A stretch of 63,882 nt of DNA, filler included, from Octopus bimaculoides (Eukaryota), in NCBI RefSeq assembly GCF_001194135.2. It is 4 parts of 4 records of this genome, joined end to end, with 100 filler letters (N's around TTAATTAATTAA, not from the genome) between each part and the next. Parts side by side here need not be neighbours in the genome. Positions count along the whole stretch, not along the records: positions 23,082 to 44,945 come from NC_068992.1; positions 45,046 to 61,556 come from NC_068999.1; 2 more parts are not named here. The stretch is one strand, 5' to 3'. Below are positions 37,350 to 51,297 of the stretch, piece by piece; the stretch's first letter is position 1, and each line of letters starts with the position of its first letter. The translations under genes were made by a program, and so were the position numbers. The notes beneath the pieces are model-generated. The model was given only the letters and a program-made list of their open reading frames with translations, did no database searches and was not told the DNA's origin.

Positions 37350-38261
37350 NNNNNNNNNNNNNNNNNNNNNNNNNNNNNNNNNNNNNNNNNNNNNNNNNNN
37401 NNNNNNNNNNNNNNNNNNNNNNNNNNNNNNNNNNNNNNNNNNNNNNNNNNNNNNNNNNNNNNNNNNNNNNNNNNNNNNNNNNNNNNNNNNNNNNNNNNNN
37501 NNNNNNNNNNNNNNNNNNNNNNNNNNNNNNNNNNNNNNNNNNNNNNNNNNNNNNNNNNNNNNNNNNNNNNNNNNNNNNNNNNNNNNNNNNNNNNNNNNNN
37601 NNNNNNNNNNNNNNNNNNNNNNNNNNNNNNNNNNNNNNNNNNNNNNNNNNNNNNNNNNNNNNNNNNNNNNNNNNNNNNNNNNNNNNNNNNNNNNNNNNNN
37701 NNNNNNNNNNNNNNNNNNNNNNNNNNNNNNNNNNNNNNNNNNNNNNNNNNNNNNNNNNNNNNATATATATATATATTTATATATACACACATATGTATGC
37801 ACGTGTGTGTGCATGTAGGTTTATGTCTATGTATGTACGCATGTATGAATTTATATGTTTTATCGACTCTCAAGTCTAATTTGTGCTTAACGGGAGATTA
37901 CCTGAAAAAATTCACAATTTTGACGTGACCCTCCAATATCAATTTTCAATCGAAAATTTCGGGAAAATTGTAATTCAGTGTACATAATAAACAAGATTTG
38001 AAGCAAGTTTGATATGTGCAACGCTTGAAACTCTCGGCAGTGGAGTCAATTTTGTAAGTTCCTGCCAATTAAAAATAATACAAAAGTGTACATATTCTCG
38101 TTGTTAGTATATTTCTCCTACGCGTTGTACCATATGTATACATACATAGTCTAGATATGCAACTATATGCATGAGAATACATACATGAAACATACAAATC
38201 TGAACATACATACATACATACATACATACATACATACATACAAACATACATACATTACTAC

Positions 38262-38649
38262 GGCTCTCCGTCGGTTACGGCAACGAGGGTTCCAATTGAT
38301 CCGATCGGTGAACAGCTTGCTCATGAAATTAACGTGCAAGTGGCTGACCACTCCACAGACACGTGTAACTTTAACGTTGTTCTCAGGGGAGACTCAGTGT
38401 GACACAGAGTGTAACAAGGCTGGCCCTTTGAAATATAGTTACAACAGAAACAGGAAGAAAGAGTGAGAGAAAGTTGTGGTGAAAGAGTACAGCAGCGCTC
38501 GCCACCCTCATTCCCACCCCTGCCGAAGCCTCGTGGAGTTTTAGGTGTTTTCGCTCAATAAACACTCACAACGACCGGTCTGGGAATCGAAACCGCGATC
38601 CTACTACCGCGAGTCCGCTGCCCTAACCACTGGGCCATTGCGCCTCCAC
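38262..38649 (-). mobile_element. Full-length SINE family B within a (TACA)n tract
   Basis: Reverse complement of 3499-3884; (CATA)n on both sides. Confidence 0.9.
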
Positions 38650-38794
38650 ACATACATACATACATACATACATACCCTGTTGTTGATGTTGAAATGCCAA
38701 TGAAGAAGCCTTTGATGTAGGTTAGAAACCGGTTCTTTCTCTATTAGCAGAAATCTTGAAATAAACTAAAGACATGCATACATACATACATACA

Positions 38795-39140
38795 CGATGG
38801 TTGCCAACTCAATTTTGAGCAGAGCCATTGCCTGATTTGTTTATGCTCTAGAATATCATCGATGAGCTACACGAATATGGTTTCTGAGGCCAGCCAAGAA
38901 AACTTGGGGATTGTATAGTTTACACTTCCATGAACTTTACTATGCCTTTTCAAACCACTTTTTGATCTGCATACTTTATGACAGAGTAGGCATTCGAAAT
39001 CATCTATCCATCTATAATCAATGTGCGGTTGCGCAATGTGTGATTTCATATGGCTGTTTAGCCCAGCCTTACTAAGACAAATCTATCAGCACTCATCACA
39101 TGTAAGATCATCACGTTCATTAATGCTTGTTAGAACATCA
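38795..39140 (-). mobile_element. RTE-type LINE 3' end with C2H2 fingers, second subfamily
   Basis: LTCDEC**ICLSKAGLNSHMKSH, FECLLCHKVCRSKSGLKRHSKVH, then a frameshifted LAGLRNHIR-like finger; (TATG)n tail. RTE assignment is by analogy with the other two copies. Confidence 0.72.
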
Positions 39141-39155
39141 TACATACATATGTGT

Positions 39156-39542
39156 AGGCGTGGCTGTGTGGTAAAAAGTTGCGTCTCAACCACATAGTTC
39201 TGCGTTCGGTCCCACTGCGTGGCACCTTGGCCGAGTTAACTACTGTAACCTCGATCAGGCAAAAGCCTTGTGAGTGAATTTGGTAGACGGAAAGACGGAA
39301 ACTGAAAGAAGCCCCTCGTGTATGTGTGTTGTGTGTTTTGTATCTATGTTTGTTCTCTACTGCCGATTGACAACCGGAAGTGGTGTGTTTACGTCTCCGT
39401 AACTTAGCTGTTCGGCAAAAGAGACCGATAGTGTAAATACCAGGTTTCAAAATAAATACTGGGGTTGATTAGTTCGACTAACAAAGCGACGCCCCAGCAT
39501 GGCCGCAGTCTAATGACTGAAGCTAGTAAAAGAACAAAAGAG
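39156..39542 (+). mobile_element. Near full-length SINE family A
   Basis: Head and tail both present, short central (GT)n. Confidence 0.9.
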
Positions 39543-39550
39543 TATGTATA

Positions 39551-40406
39551 CAGGGTTCAGTGAATATATCGTCTAAATTACACAAAAATGAAAATAACAC
39601 TGACATCTAATTTTAGCAGATATATTTACCAAAATTACATAAAAATATCTTGAAATACTAAAGAGTAAATTTATTCAATAAAATCGCCATGGGTTTCAAC
39701 CACAGCCTCCAGACAACTTCGGAATCACCTGCAACTCTTCTGGACGGTCTCCTTGTTTAAGTTGGTGAATGTTGCCATAATCATTGCCTTCAGTTACAAG
39801 GCGTTTTGTTGGTCTCTCGCTCAACTGCGCCCCACATATAATAATCAAGGGGGTAGCAGTCTTGGGAATTAAGTGGCCGAATGTTTGGGGTGATGTGGTT
39901 GCAGAAATTGTCTGACAGCCATGATTGGGTTCTCCTGCTTGTGTGGCATGGTGCAGAGTCCTGTTGCCAGACATAGGGTCTTCCAGCAGCCACCCTCTTC
40001 AACCAGGCAGCACTACCTCCTCCAGCCCCTTGATGTAGGACTCCGTGTTGAGTCTGAGGCCATGTGGGAAGATGAATGGAGGCAGAACGTCGCCATCACT
40101 AGTGATCACTACAAACACCATGATGTTGACTGGATGCTTGATTTTTATCACTCTCGGTACACATGTACTGATTGACACACAAACACTCTAAAATGTTCGT
40201 GTTGGAGCTTCCGTTGCAAATGGCAAGCAGTACAGCATGTCGTTTCCAAATTCCTGGCAGAGTGAATTGCGTCATGGTGCTGTTTTTCTCACAGACGGTG
40301 CCCAACTGACCCTACTATATTATATAGCCGACAAAATCAAAAACAGACAATGTGCATGCGCGAAATAAAAAATATAAAATGGCAACAATTTACCCATCGC
40401 ACCCGA
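39551..40406 (-). mobile_element. Internally deleted Tc1/mariner element, DD37D (maT-like)
   Basis: KIKHPVNIMVFVVITSDGDVLPPFIFPHGLRLNTESYIK...WQQDSAPCHTSRRTQSWLSDNFCNHITPNIRPLNSQDCYPLDYYMWGAVERETNK: 37 residues between the 2nd and 3rd Asp; N-terminus MTQFTLPGIWKRHAVLL joined directly to the catalytic core; TA at both ends. Confidence 0.87.
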
Positions 40407-41984
40407 TATATATATATATATNNNNNNNNNNNNNNNNNNNNNNNNNNNNNNNNNNNNNNNNNNNNNNNNNNNNNNNNNNNNNNNNNNNNNNNNNNNNNNN
40501 NNNNNNNNNNNNNNNNNNNNNNNNNNNNNNNNNNNNNNNNNNNNNNNNNNNNNNNNNNNNNNNNNNNNNNNNNNNNNNNNNNNNNNNNNNNNNNNNNNNN
40601 NNNNNNNNNNNNNNNNNNNNNNNNNNNNNNNNNNNNNNNNNNNNNNNNNNNNNNNNNNNNNNNNNNNNNNNNNNNNNNNNNNNNNNNNNNNNNNNNNNNN
40701 NNNNNNNNNNNNNNNNNNNNNNNNNNNNNNNNNNNNNNNNNNNNNNNNNNNNNNNNNNNNNNNNNNNNNNNNNNNNNNNNNNNNNNNNNNNNNNNNNNNN
40801 NNNNNNNNNNNNNNNNNNNNNNNNNNNNNNNNNNNNNNNNNNNNNNNNNTATATATATACGATCATAACTTCTGCGCAGCCGGTAATATCCATAAATCTG
40901 GAAGACATCTGAAGAAGTTCGGTGAGTCTGGAAAGACATATGACATCCAGCAAAGACTGGTGTGAGTGTATGGGGATAGCAACCTGATGCACAGCTCTAG
41001 AAACTGAAAGTAAGCAAAACTTTAGAGCCTCTCGAAAGAAAGGAAAGATGATAGGCCGAATAGGGCGGAAATGATGAGTCCGTAAATATGTCCTGATCGT
41101 TAACCACTAGTATATATTTAAGGACATAAAGGCTGCTCCCCCCCCCCCAACATCATTAAGTGCGGTGGTATTGGAAATTAAATGCTACGTGGAAAGATTT
41201 GCAAGAGAACAAACAGGCTCGAAATACATCGAGCCAGACGAGAGTGTGAAACATGTGCAGTTCGCAGTATTAGCTCTTGGTGAGGCGTAGAACTCTGTGC
41301 AAGAAGCACTTTACAGAACTGAAGATTTCTCAGTACTTGCGAAGCTCTCAAGAGAAACCCATTCCATATAACTCCTGAGCGCCAAGTTGACTCAACGAGA
41401 GAACGAATCAAGTGGCTCGAAATGAAAGTGAAAACAAAGAATAGCATCGTCTGAACCAAGAGCTTGACGGAGTATTAGATGCCACGCAGTGAGTAGAAAA
41501 TGCTAAGCAAAAAGTGAACGCCCATCCATCTATAACGCTCATTTTGGCACGAGATCACTTCGAAATAGAGGACAGGCAATTATCACCAAAATTGCGAAGC
41601 GGCATAACTGAAAATAAAGATTCTTCACCTGAGGAGAGAATTCAAAGTCCCCATCAAGCAGTCCGAGCTCCTACCTATGAAAATATCCTTCCGGCGCTCT
41701 CAACAACTCTAGGTGTGTATACCTCTGCATATATACGTATTTCTACACATAGTATTTTTGTATATTCATATTCACAGGTGTGTATACTCATAATTCACTT
41801 GCCCATTTATATTTCACTGCTTTATATATGTGCGTATCTATATTTATCGGTGCACACCTACCCACCTGTATTGGCCATCGTTTCTAACACATAAACTGAC
41901 TTCATTCAATAAACTACGCACATATGAAGTCAATTATGTCTACAAACATAAATGACTTTATGTATTTGCACAAGTTTGTCTCTG

Positions 41985-42026
<42 letters not shown>

Positions 42027-42036
42027 NNNNNNNNNN

Positions 42037-42082
<46 letters not shown>

Positions 42083-42306
42083 CGAATATACATTTGAGTG
42101 TATTTATATATATATATGTGTGTGTGTATACGTTTCTGTGTTTGTGTATCTGTGGTGTTTAGACGTACGTTTCTATGTGAACAACTCTCCCGCTGTTGTC
42201 AACACCGCCTTTCTCCTCCGACATTCTCTTCACCCACATCTCTTACAAACAAACGGACATATAATTTTCAGCTCTACAACCCAACGTATCTTATACACAC
42301 ATGCAT

Positions 42307-42339
<33 letters not shown>

Positions 42340-42889
42340 CACACACACACACACTTATACACACACAGACACACATACAAACACATGCCCACACACACAC
42401 ACGCACAGTCACCTTCTCTCATAAATAAACCATTTAAGTAATCAATTTGAACACAGGCACTTTTCTCGCCCAATACACCACCCCTTTCAGATTTTGTTTT
42501 AACGCTGTCACCTTCATTATTTCCAAAACAAATCTACCCATCTTAAAACCTATTATTCACTAACAAACCACACACCCACATCATTTCCCCTTCAAGCACC
42601 ACTTAATTTTGTCCAGTTCTCTCACCATAATCGCTTCTAAAACAATTTCATGCATCCAAAAGTTCTTTCTCATGAATAACTTTCATATTTATCCTTCCTC
42701 TCGAATCTTCCCTGTCACATCATCCATCCCAGTCAATATAATCTCATTGGCTAGAGATTAATTTCCAACCTTTATTTTCTGATGGATTTTCAAAACAAAC
42801 CATGTGTTCAAAAAGATGCTGGACCTACTATCCACCGGATCATACCCGGCCACGGTCACATTCAGTGACACTGACCACTATTTTCAAAT

Positions 42890-43087
42890 AATCCTTTCTA
42901 ATATAGATACAAAGCCTGGTATTTGGGATGAGAGGTTACATCAATCCCAGTGATGAAATGGTACTTATTTTACCAATTTGGAAAGGATGAACGGCAAAGA
43001 CAACCTCGGTAGAATTTGAACTCAGAACGTAAAGACAGATGAAATGCCGCTAAGAATTTTGGCCGGGGTACCAACGATTCTGCTATC
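42890..43087 (-). mobile_element. Diverged SINE family C
   Basis: ggtacttatttt...aacctcggtagaatttgaactcagaacgtaaagacagatgaaatgccgctaag. Confidence 0.82.
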
Positions 43088-43244
43088 AAATGATAAAAAG
43101 AAAACAATCCGTATCACATTCGCATCATGTTCTGAATGAATGAAACTTATTCTCTATAAGTACAAGCTCCATTCTCTATTTCTCAAAATTTCAAAGGTGA
43201 AATATTTCCACCCGGGGTAAAAACTATTATTCACTGTACAAAAT

Positions 43245-43460
43245 TGGTTTCAAATTTTGGAACAATGCAGGCAATTTCGAAAGAGGGGCTAAGTCGACTG
43301 AATCAACTTCAGTGATCAACTGCTACTTATTTTATCGACCCTGAAATAATGAAGGGTAAAGTCTATCTGGGCAGCATTTGAACTCAGAACGTGACGTTGG
43401 TAGAAATGCCGCCAGACTTTTTTCCGGCCTCCCAACAATTCTGCCAGCTCACTCCCTTAA
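43245..43460 (-). mobile_element. Diverged SINE family C
   Basis: ctacttattttatcgaccctgaa...tttgaactcagaacgtg...ctgccagctcac. Confidence 0.8.
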
Positions 43461-45045
43461 TGACTGAGCAAGATTAAATCTTCCCCAAGCTTCCAAATCA
43501 AATTCCTACTTTGTAAATGTTTTGAGTTTTCACTTCCTTAGACGTAGCCTTATCAAATACATTATATATAGCATTTTACGCGCGTGGCAACTGTATATCA
43601 CAAAGAGATTAAAGTTTGAAGGCTTCGGTAACCCAGAAAATTTAAAATTGGTTGCAACCTTTAAATAAATTGCTGCTAAGTGCAGCCAGGAATTAACTGA
43701 CATATCTCTGAATCTGAGATTCCATGTCTAGATGTCTCCTCATCAATTACTAGACTTCCGGTCTTCCTTGGATACATTAGTAGTTACGGACTTGATTTAT
43801 AGCAATCGATAAGTAAATGTATATAACACAAGCCATCAAATTACTGGAAATATTTTTGGTTTATATGAAGTCACAATCTTATTTGTGTGAGATACAATCT
43901 CTGTGAAGGAAATGATTATAGAGTCATAATTTCAAAACTTACTACTCGATCATCATCGTCAGATCGAGCCCTACAAAGTAGCATGGGCCACTATGATAGC
44001 CTTTCGACAGTGAAAATAAAGTATAGGGTGGTCACTACAACTTCGCTTGAAGATTCCCCTTCGTCGGGAAACCATTCTAACGCAAAGGTAACACTTGATG
44101 TTTCTGAACCCATTTTCAGAGTAGTGAATTGGAGCAAGATGAAAAGATTTGCCTTCCTCAAGGACACAAGTCACCGTCTAGTCCTAGAATCGAACCCAGG
44201 ACCTTAAGAAAGTAAGCCCAACAATCTAATCACGAATATATGCTTATACATTTATTATTTTTACCCTGTCAATCCAACCAGAGATGCTTTAGATAGTCAC
44301 ATGATCTGTTAGAAAGAACAGGTAAATCTCTCTTAACTCAGGCCCCTGCCATTTAAAAAAATGAATAACAAAGTTTCTAATGCTATCCTAGGAACACTAC
44401 CGGTAGAAAAGACGTGACAGTTACAGCTGGATTACCAGAGATCATAGGATTGTTCAATAAAGTTGTCATGAGGCTATGCAGTGATAGCAACAGTAGCTTA
44501 TATTCTAGTGTCAACGAGGCAGGCATGTTTTAGGAGCGCTTACTCTGGCTCCAGCGATATGAGTTCAAATCCCGTTGAAGCCAATCAGCTTTGCTTTTCA
44601 TCCTTTTTTGGCCGTTAAGTAAAGTACCAGTTCAATAAAGAAACACCGCAAAGTAATCTCCCCGACACGGTAGCATCTTTGCCAATTCGTTGCGTCCACA
44701 GAAATGAAAATAGTCCAATGCTCAAACATTTCTCATTGAAGGATCCTTGACTGTGTTATATATTTCTCTGAACTAGGTGTTCACACAAAAATGGTTGAAC
44801 AGTGAAGAAGTTATTTCGAAAATTATTTATAACGGAATAATAAGCTCTAATATTTTACGTACATTCTCACCACTACACCACATGTATGTATAGGCACGCA
44901 CACGCATATATTATTCTATGTATGAGTATATATATATATATATATNNNNNNNNNNNNNNNNNNNNNNNNNNNNNNNNNNNNNNNNNNNNTTAATTAATTA
45001 ANNNNNNNNNNNNNNNNNNNNNNNNNNNNNNNNNNNNNNNNNNNN

Positions 45046-45081
<36 letters not shown>

Positions 45082-45533
45082 GCATATAAAAACATTCATA
45101 CACACACATGCACGCATGGGAAGAACATAAAACGAAAGAAAGGAACGCAACAAAGGAAGAAAGAAAGAAAGAGGTGGGCATTATGGCAATATTTGTCAAA
45201 GCACCAGGTTCAGTTAGTAGCCATTACTGCCAATATCACCATCTTGTTGAATTTAGAAATATCCGAATAAACAGACAATTTTAAGTACAGGATGGAAATA
45301 GAATAAGTTTGCCGTGTTATCAGTTCGTCTTCTATGTACTCATGTCGCTGTACAAGTAATGCACCTCCAGTTATCTTTTACTCTTCGATTGTGTTGTTGT
45401 TGTTGTTGTTGTTGTTGTTATTGTTGTTGTCATTTCCTTCTTATTAATCGCATTTCACGAGTTTTCATATTTAGTTTTACATTCTGTCGGCTCTTCCTAT
45501 TACGGTTTCTTCTCCCATTAGTATTCTGCGTTC

Positions 45534-45600
<67 letters not shown>

Positions 45601-45733
45601 TACTGTTAATTTCATTCTACATCTCAGAGCTCCCGATTAATTCTGTAAGGACAGACAGAACCTGTTTCCAAATGTCTCACTATCTGTCTTTTAATCAATC
45701 AATCGATCAATCACTCAATCAGTCAATCACTCA

Positions 45734-45734
<1 letters not shown>

Positions 45735-45789
<55 letters not shown>

Positions 45790-45826
45790 GTATCTTTCTC
45801 GCTCTCTCTCTATCTCTCTCTATCTA

Positions 45827-45867
<41 letters not shown>

Positions 45868-45880
45868 CTATCTATTCATC
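45735..45880. repeat. (TATC)n/(TC)n microsatellite
   Basis: Direct reading; (GATA)n also at 52915-53030 and (TTTC)n at 55173-55234. Confidence 0.93.
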
Positions 45881-46144
45881 TATCAACGTATTATTTTTTC
45901 CTCTTTCTTACGGGTTTTGTTGGAGCTCCTGGAGTCTTGCATGCATAACAGGCTTACTACCTGCAACCTGCGTTCCCATGCTATTCGTTCTTTTCAGCTA
46001 TCTAATAATTTCTTGATTAAGGAGGCAAACCTTTTATAACAGTTCTACTGGACACTCTATTCCAATTACCTTTATATTCCACTTCATGTAATTTTTATGT
46101 GATTACTCTGCTTTTTTAAATATAATACACATCATATTATATAT

Positions 46145-46407
46145 TGTTGTGACGAGAGTCACGACTCCCGCTGCGAGAATAGACTTGACTGAACGACTAT
46201 TAATAGTAGCGGTCTGAGTCACAGAGAGTAAGCGTTAATCACAGCAAGCCATAAGGTGTCGTTTTGGTAGTTTGTCAGAATATCATTTGTTGGTTCGCAT
46301 ATATTTCGTGTAGAGTTTGTTGGGATTGTTACGTTGTTGCTACCCTGCTTCGTTGCATGTTTTATTGTCAATACACGGTTATAGTGTAAACAAGTATCGT
46401 CATAACA
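46145..46407 (+). mobile_element. Probable LTR (263 bp) of an LTR retrotransposon
   Basis: TGTTGTGACGA...TCGTCATAACA terminal inverted repeat (10 of 11), followed by AT-TGGC like the start of a PBS; no TSD seen. Confidence 0.55.
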
Positions 46408-48924
46408 ATTGGCTATATATACAATACATACATACATACATACATATATGTATAAGATATTTAGGGAGAGAAAGAGAGAGGGAATAGAAAGATAGATTGA
46501 TAGATAAATAGATAGATAGATGTACATACATATGAATGAATACATACATTCATACACACATATATACACATATACACACGTGTGTGTGTTCTTGTTGCGT
46601 GTTAATTATTTAAATTCTTCCTCTGTTTGAATGCAGATAACAAGAATAATGTCACGTTTTAAGTTTAAGAAACGTCTTGGAGATTGTTGCTGATCCACTT
46701 AAGCATTGTAATACTCAGGTGTCAATTAGACGGTTGATTCCTTTTTTTGATAATCCGTGCTTCTCCAGATTATCTCTCAGGCATTTACTCACAAATGCAT
46801 GTATGCATGTATGTATGTATGTATGTATGTATGTATGTATGTACATACTTATGCCTGCATGTAAGCATTCATTTATGTATGCATGCATGTACTACGTACA
46901 TACGCACGTACTTTTGCATGTATGTATGTATGTATGTATGTATGTATGTATGTATGCATTTATGTATGTATGTATGTATTGGTTTATACGAATCATACAA
47001 CATGGCCTCTATTTTTTTAGAATATTCAACTATCATTAAATCTGATTAGGGTTGTTATTTCACCATAATAACGTCAATATTTAGCAAACATTCACTTCAT
47101 TGCAACACTGGTGATCATGTTGCTAATACGACCACAGATATAGCTATAATTAAATATCGCGAACGGATGAGACATAACCCTTGTCATTATTTATGACTCT
47201 GTATAACGTACATTAAAGGAACGAAACTTTAGATTATGGGCCGTTTTGGTATTTCAATTTCTTCTGAACTCTTCCACAAACTTTCGCGTAAAATCTTTCA
47301 AACATTTATTGAAGATTAAAATAGGAAGCCTCTGCTGATTGCAAACTCATCCTCACTCCCATACTGTTAACGTACATAAATGACACAGTGTATTTATCCA
47401 CAAGAAAAGCTAGCGATGATAAAGAAAACGTGATGGTTCATGTTTAGCTGCAGCGGGTTACGAGTTTAGTATCAGTGAATCTCTTATTCCTTCCATTTAC
47501 AAAGTGCGTGGAGGTAATCCATTGACTGCGAATTCATTTATCACTGAGTTTTCTTGGAACCACGCACTCGCCATAAGTGGAGATAGATGTATTTGGTTCG
47601 ACGATGTACGATGGTGTTGACAACTGTTAGTATTTTCTCTTACAGTGGAAAAATATTTCGTGGCATTAAAAAGCTCATCGCACTTTGACATCTGTTCAGT
47701 GAATCATGTGACAATCTGATGAATCCATTTGCATCTAATCTAATCAAATGAATTATCAAAATGAAAATGATGAGTGTTAAAGCATTCACACGTAAATTAC
47801 AGTTTGGTTTGAATGAAATCTTTCTGAGTGCCATTCTCCTTCTCAAAATGAACAAATGCTTCGTTTTTAAAAATGTCTTCATAATTTTTATTTCTCTCTT
47901 TTTTTAAAAAAAACAGTCGACAATTAATACTTGTCTCTGCTAACAACACTTGTATTATCAGATTTCCTATCATCGAATTATATTTTATGGCGTGCCATAT
48001 TCTTACTTCTTTTAACTTGTAGTCGAACGAATAGGATGGTTGGCTATCAGCTTAGCTCTAAGTTTCTTCCACCCCCTATACTAGTGACGCAAGATGGGAA
48101 AGATCTGAATGAGAGATACGGTTTCAAACCAGACAGATTTCATTTCATTTACATCAATTCTAATGCTTTTAGATAAATAGAATAATAAATACTTGGCTTT
48201 CACATACACACATTTTTTTTCTCTTTCAATCTATGAAGTAAACAACTTTTGCTTCGTCCCGTAGTTTACTATAACAGCGAGCAAGAAAGGTGACAAAATA
48301 GTTTTCAGCAGCACTCCTCTCCCATCTTCATTTTCTTGTGGGTACCGATTGTCAAGACTATTCAACATATTATTTTCCCCGTCTATTACTCTCATTAAAT
48401 TGACATACTTTCTGTGTGGCAAATCATAATAGAATAGAATATTTCCTTCCAAACTATAGCTCCTTGTTTAATCACAAAGGCCTTTCCAAAGTCTAAATTT
48501 ATGCATTTGAAACCGCCTTAATTTTACAGTTTCTCTGTTTTTGTAGTTCCCTCTATATGTTCATCTGATTATGTGAGCAACCCTTCAATTCCCACCTATC
48601 CTTTTAGGTATGTGTACGGCTATCTGGTTTCTGCCCCTTTTTACGAGGTTGTGGTTGCAGTCTACGAAGATTTGGCTGCTATTTCTCACGAGTCAAACAA
48701 CTCAGTAAAACTCTCGCGCGTTTTCTCGAATATGTACCGCAGATACGCCAAGATAGTTTCATGTTATATAATAGAAAATATAGAATGCTAGGTAACAGAG
48801 CAAAACTTATAGAAATCCTTACAAAAATCGAAACGAAGTAGCAACAAGAAAACATAATAGATTTTCGCAAGAGTTGCCTTTATGTAAAGTCATTGAGTTT
48901 TGAAGTTTAGATAACTATTGGAAC

Positions 48925-48965
<41 letters not shown>

Positions 48966-49792
48966 NNNNNNNNNNNNNNNNNNNNNNNNNNNNNNNNNNN
49001 NNNNNNNNNNNNNNNNNNNNNNNNNNNNNNNNNNNNNNNNNNNNNNNNNNNNNNNNNNNNNNNNNNNNNNNNNNNNNNNNNNNNNNNNNNNNNNNNNNNN
49101 NNNNNNNNNNNNNNNNNNNNNNNNNNNNNNNNNNNNNNNNNNNNNNNNNNNNNNNNNNNNNNNNNNNNNNNNNNNNNNNNNNNNNNNNNNNNNNNNNNNN
49201 NNNNNNNNNNNNNNNNNNNNNNNNNNNNNNNNNNNNNNNNNNNNNNNNNNNNNNNNNNNNNNNNNNNNNNNNNNNNNNNNNNNNNNNNNNNNNNNNNNNN
49301 NNNNNNNNNNNNNNNNNNNNNNNNNNNNNNNNNNNNNNNNNNNNNNNNNNNNNNNNNNNNNNNNNNNNNNNNNNNNNNNNNNNNNNNNNNNNNNNNNNNN
49401 NNNNNNNNNNNNNNNNNNNNNNNNNNNNNNNNNNNNNNNNNNNNNNNNNNNNNNNNNNNNNNNNNNNNNNNNNNNNNNNNNNNNNNNNNNNNNNNNNNNN
49501 NNNNNNNNNNNNNNNNNNNNNNNNNNNNNNNNNNNNNNNNNNNNNNNNNNNNNNNNNNNNNNNNNNNNNNNNNNNNNNNNNNNNNNNNNNNNNNNNNNNN
49601 NNNNNNNNNNNNNNNNNNNNNNNNNNNNNNNNNNNNNNNNNNNNNNNNNNNNNNNNNNNNNNNNNNNNNNNNNNNNNNNNNNNNNNNNNNNNNNNNNNNN
49701 NNNNNNNNNNNNNNNNNNNNNNNNNNNNNNNNNNNNNNNNNNNNNNNNNNNNNNNNNNNNNNNNNNNNNNNNNNNNNNNNNNNNNNNNNNNN

Positions 49793-49826
<34 letters not shown>

Positions 49827-50462
49827 GTGTATATATAGTTATATGCATATATATATATTTGTATGTATATACAAATATTATATATGTAATTGTGTGTGTG
49901 CGTGCGTGTGTGAATGTTCTCGCGCGCGTAATCTTACGGAATAGAAATTTATTCAACAATGAGGCAGGAAATTACAGATTGCGGTGAAACATTGATTAAT
50001 TTAGGCCTAAATGCACAAATATTATTTTACAAGGCATACGGACACACGCACGCACACACTCATTCACGCACAAACGCATACACATACACATACACACACA
50101 TACACATACACACACGCGTATGTGTATATATTATATATAAATATTATACAATATATAAGATTTGATACGTATAGTTAAACAAATCTATACGCATATATGT
50201 GTGTGTGTGTGTGTACGTGTGTGTATACTTGTGTGTGTGTATATGGATAAAAGCACATGTTGTTGTAGTTGTTCTTACGTGTTGATAAACGTGTGCTATT
50301 GTACATATTTATACATAAATACCAATGCATGATAAGTTATGCACACGATTGAATAATATTGGGAACGATTCTTGAGAATATTGGTGTTTCGTGATAAACG
50401 GTTATCCAATTCAGAGATTGCAAGCAAACTACATGCCACATCTACTAACTTATCTCTATATT

Positions 50463-50529
<67 letters not shown>

Positions 50530-51260
50530 NNNNNNNNNNNNNNNNNNNNNNNNNNNNNNNNNNNNNNNNNNNNNNNNNNNNNNNNNNNNNNNNNNNNNNN
50601 NNNNNNNNNNNNNNNNNNNNNNNNNNNNNNNNNNNNNNNNNNNNNNNNNNNNNNNNNNNNNNNNNNNNNNNNNNNNNNNNNNNNNNNNNNNNNNNNNNNN
50701 NNNNNNNNNNNNNNNNNNNNNNNNNNNNNNNNNNNNNNNNNNNNNNNNNNNNNNNNNNNNNNNNNNNNNNNNNNNNNNNNNNNNNNNNNNNNNNNNNNNN
50801 NNNNNNNNNNNNNNNNNNNNNNNNNNNNNNNNNNNNNNNNNNNNNNNNNNNNNNNNNNNNNNNNNNNNNNNNNNNNNNNNNNNNNNNNNNNNNNNNNNNN
50901 NNNNNNNNNNNNNNNNNNNNNNNNNNNNNNNNNNNNNNNNNNNNNNNNNNNNNNNNNNNNNNNNNNNNNNNNNNNNNNNNNNNNNNNNNNNNNNNNNNNN
51001 NNNNNNNNNNNNNNNNNNNNNNNNNNNNNNNNNNNNNNNNNNNNNNNNNNNNNNNNNNNNNNNNNNNNNNNNNNNNNNNNNNNNNNNNNNNNNNNNNNNN
51101 NNNNNNNNNNNNNNNNNNNNNNNNNNNNNNNNNNNNNNNNNNNNNNNNNNNNNNNNNNNNNNNNNNNNNNNNNNNNNNNNNNNNNNNNNNNNNNNNNNNN
51201 NNNNNNNNNNNNNNNNNNNNNNNNNNNNNNNNNNNNNNNNNNNNNNNNNNNNNNNNNNNN

Positions 51261-51297
<37 letters not shown>

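Noticed and set aside
38695-38760. Minimal hammerhead (atgaagaagcct..aggttagaaaccggttc)
   Set aside because: Core begins ATGA rather than CTGA, there is an extra base before GAAA, and stem I does not pair.
41150-41720. Possible decayed LINE coding relic
   Set aside because: Purine-rich and coding-like, but no motif I can name with confidence.
43943-44000. 58-nt minus-strand exon candidate (GYHSGPCYFVGLDLTMMIE); similar ones at 26572-26626, about 28096-28200 and about 25894-25957
   Set aside because: AG...GTAAGT windows with one open frame are expected by chance at this density; no homology or phase chain supports them.
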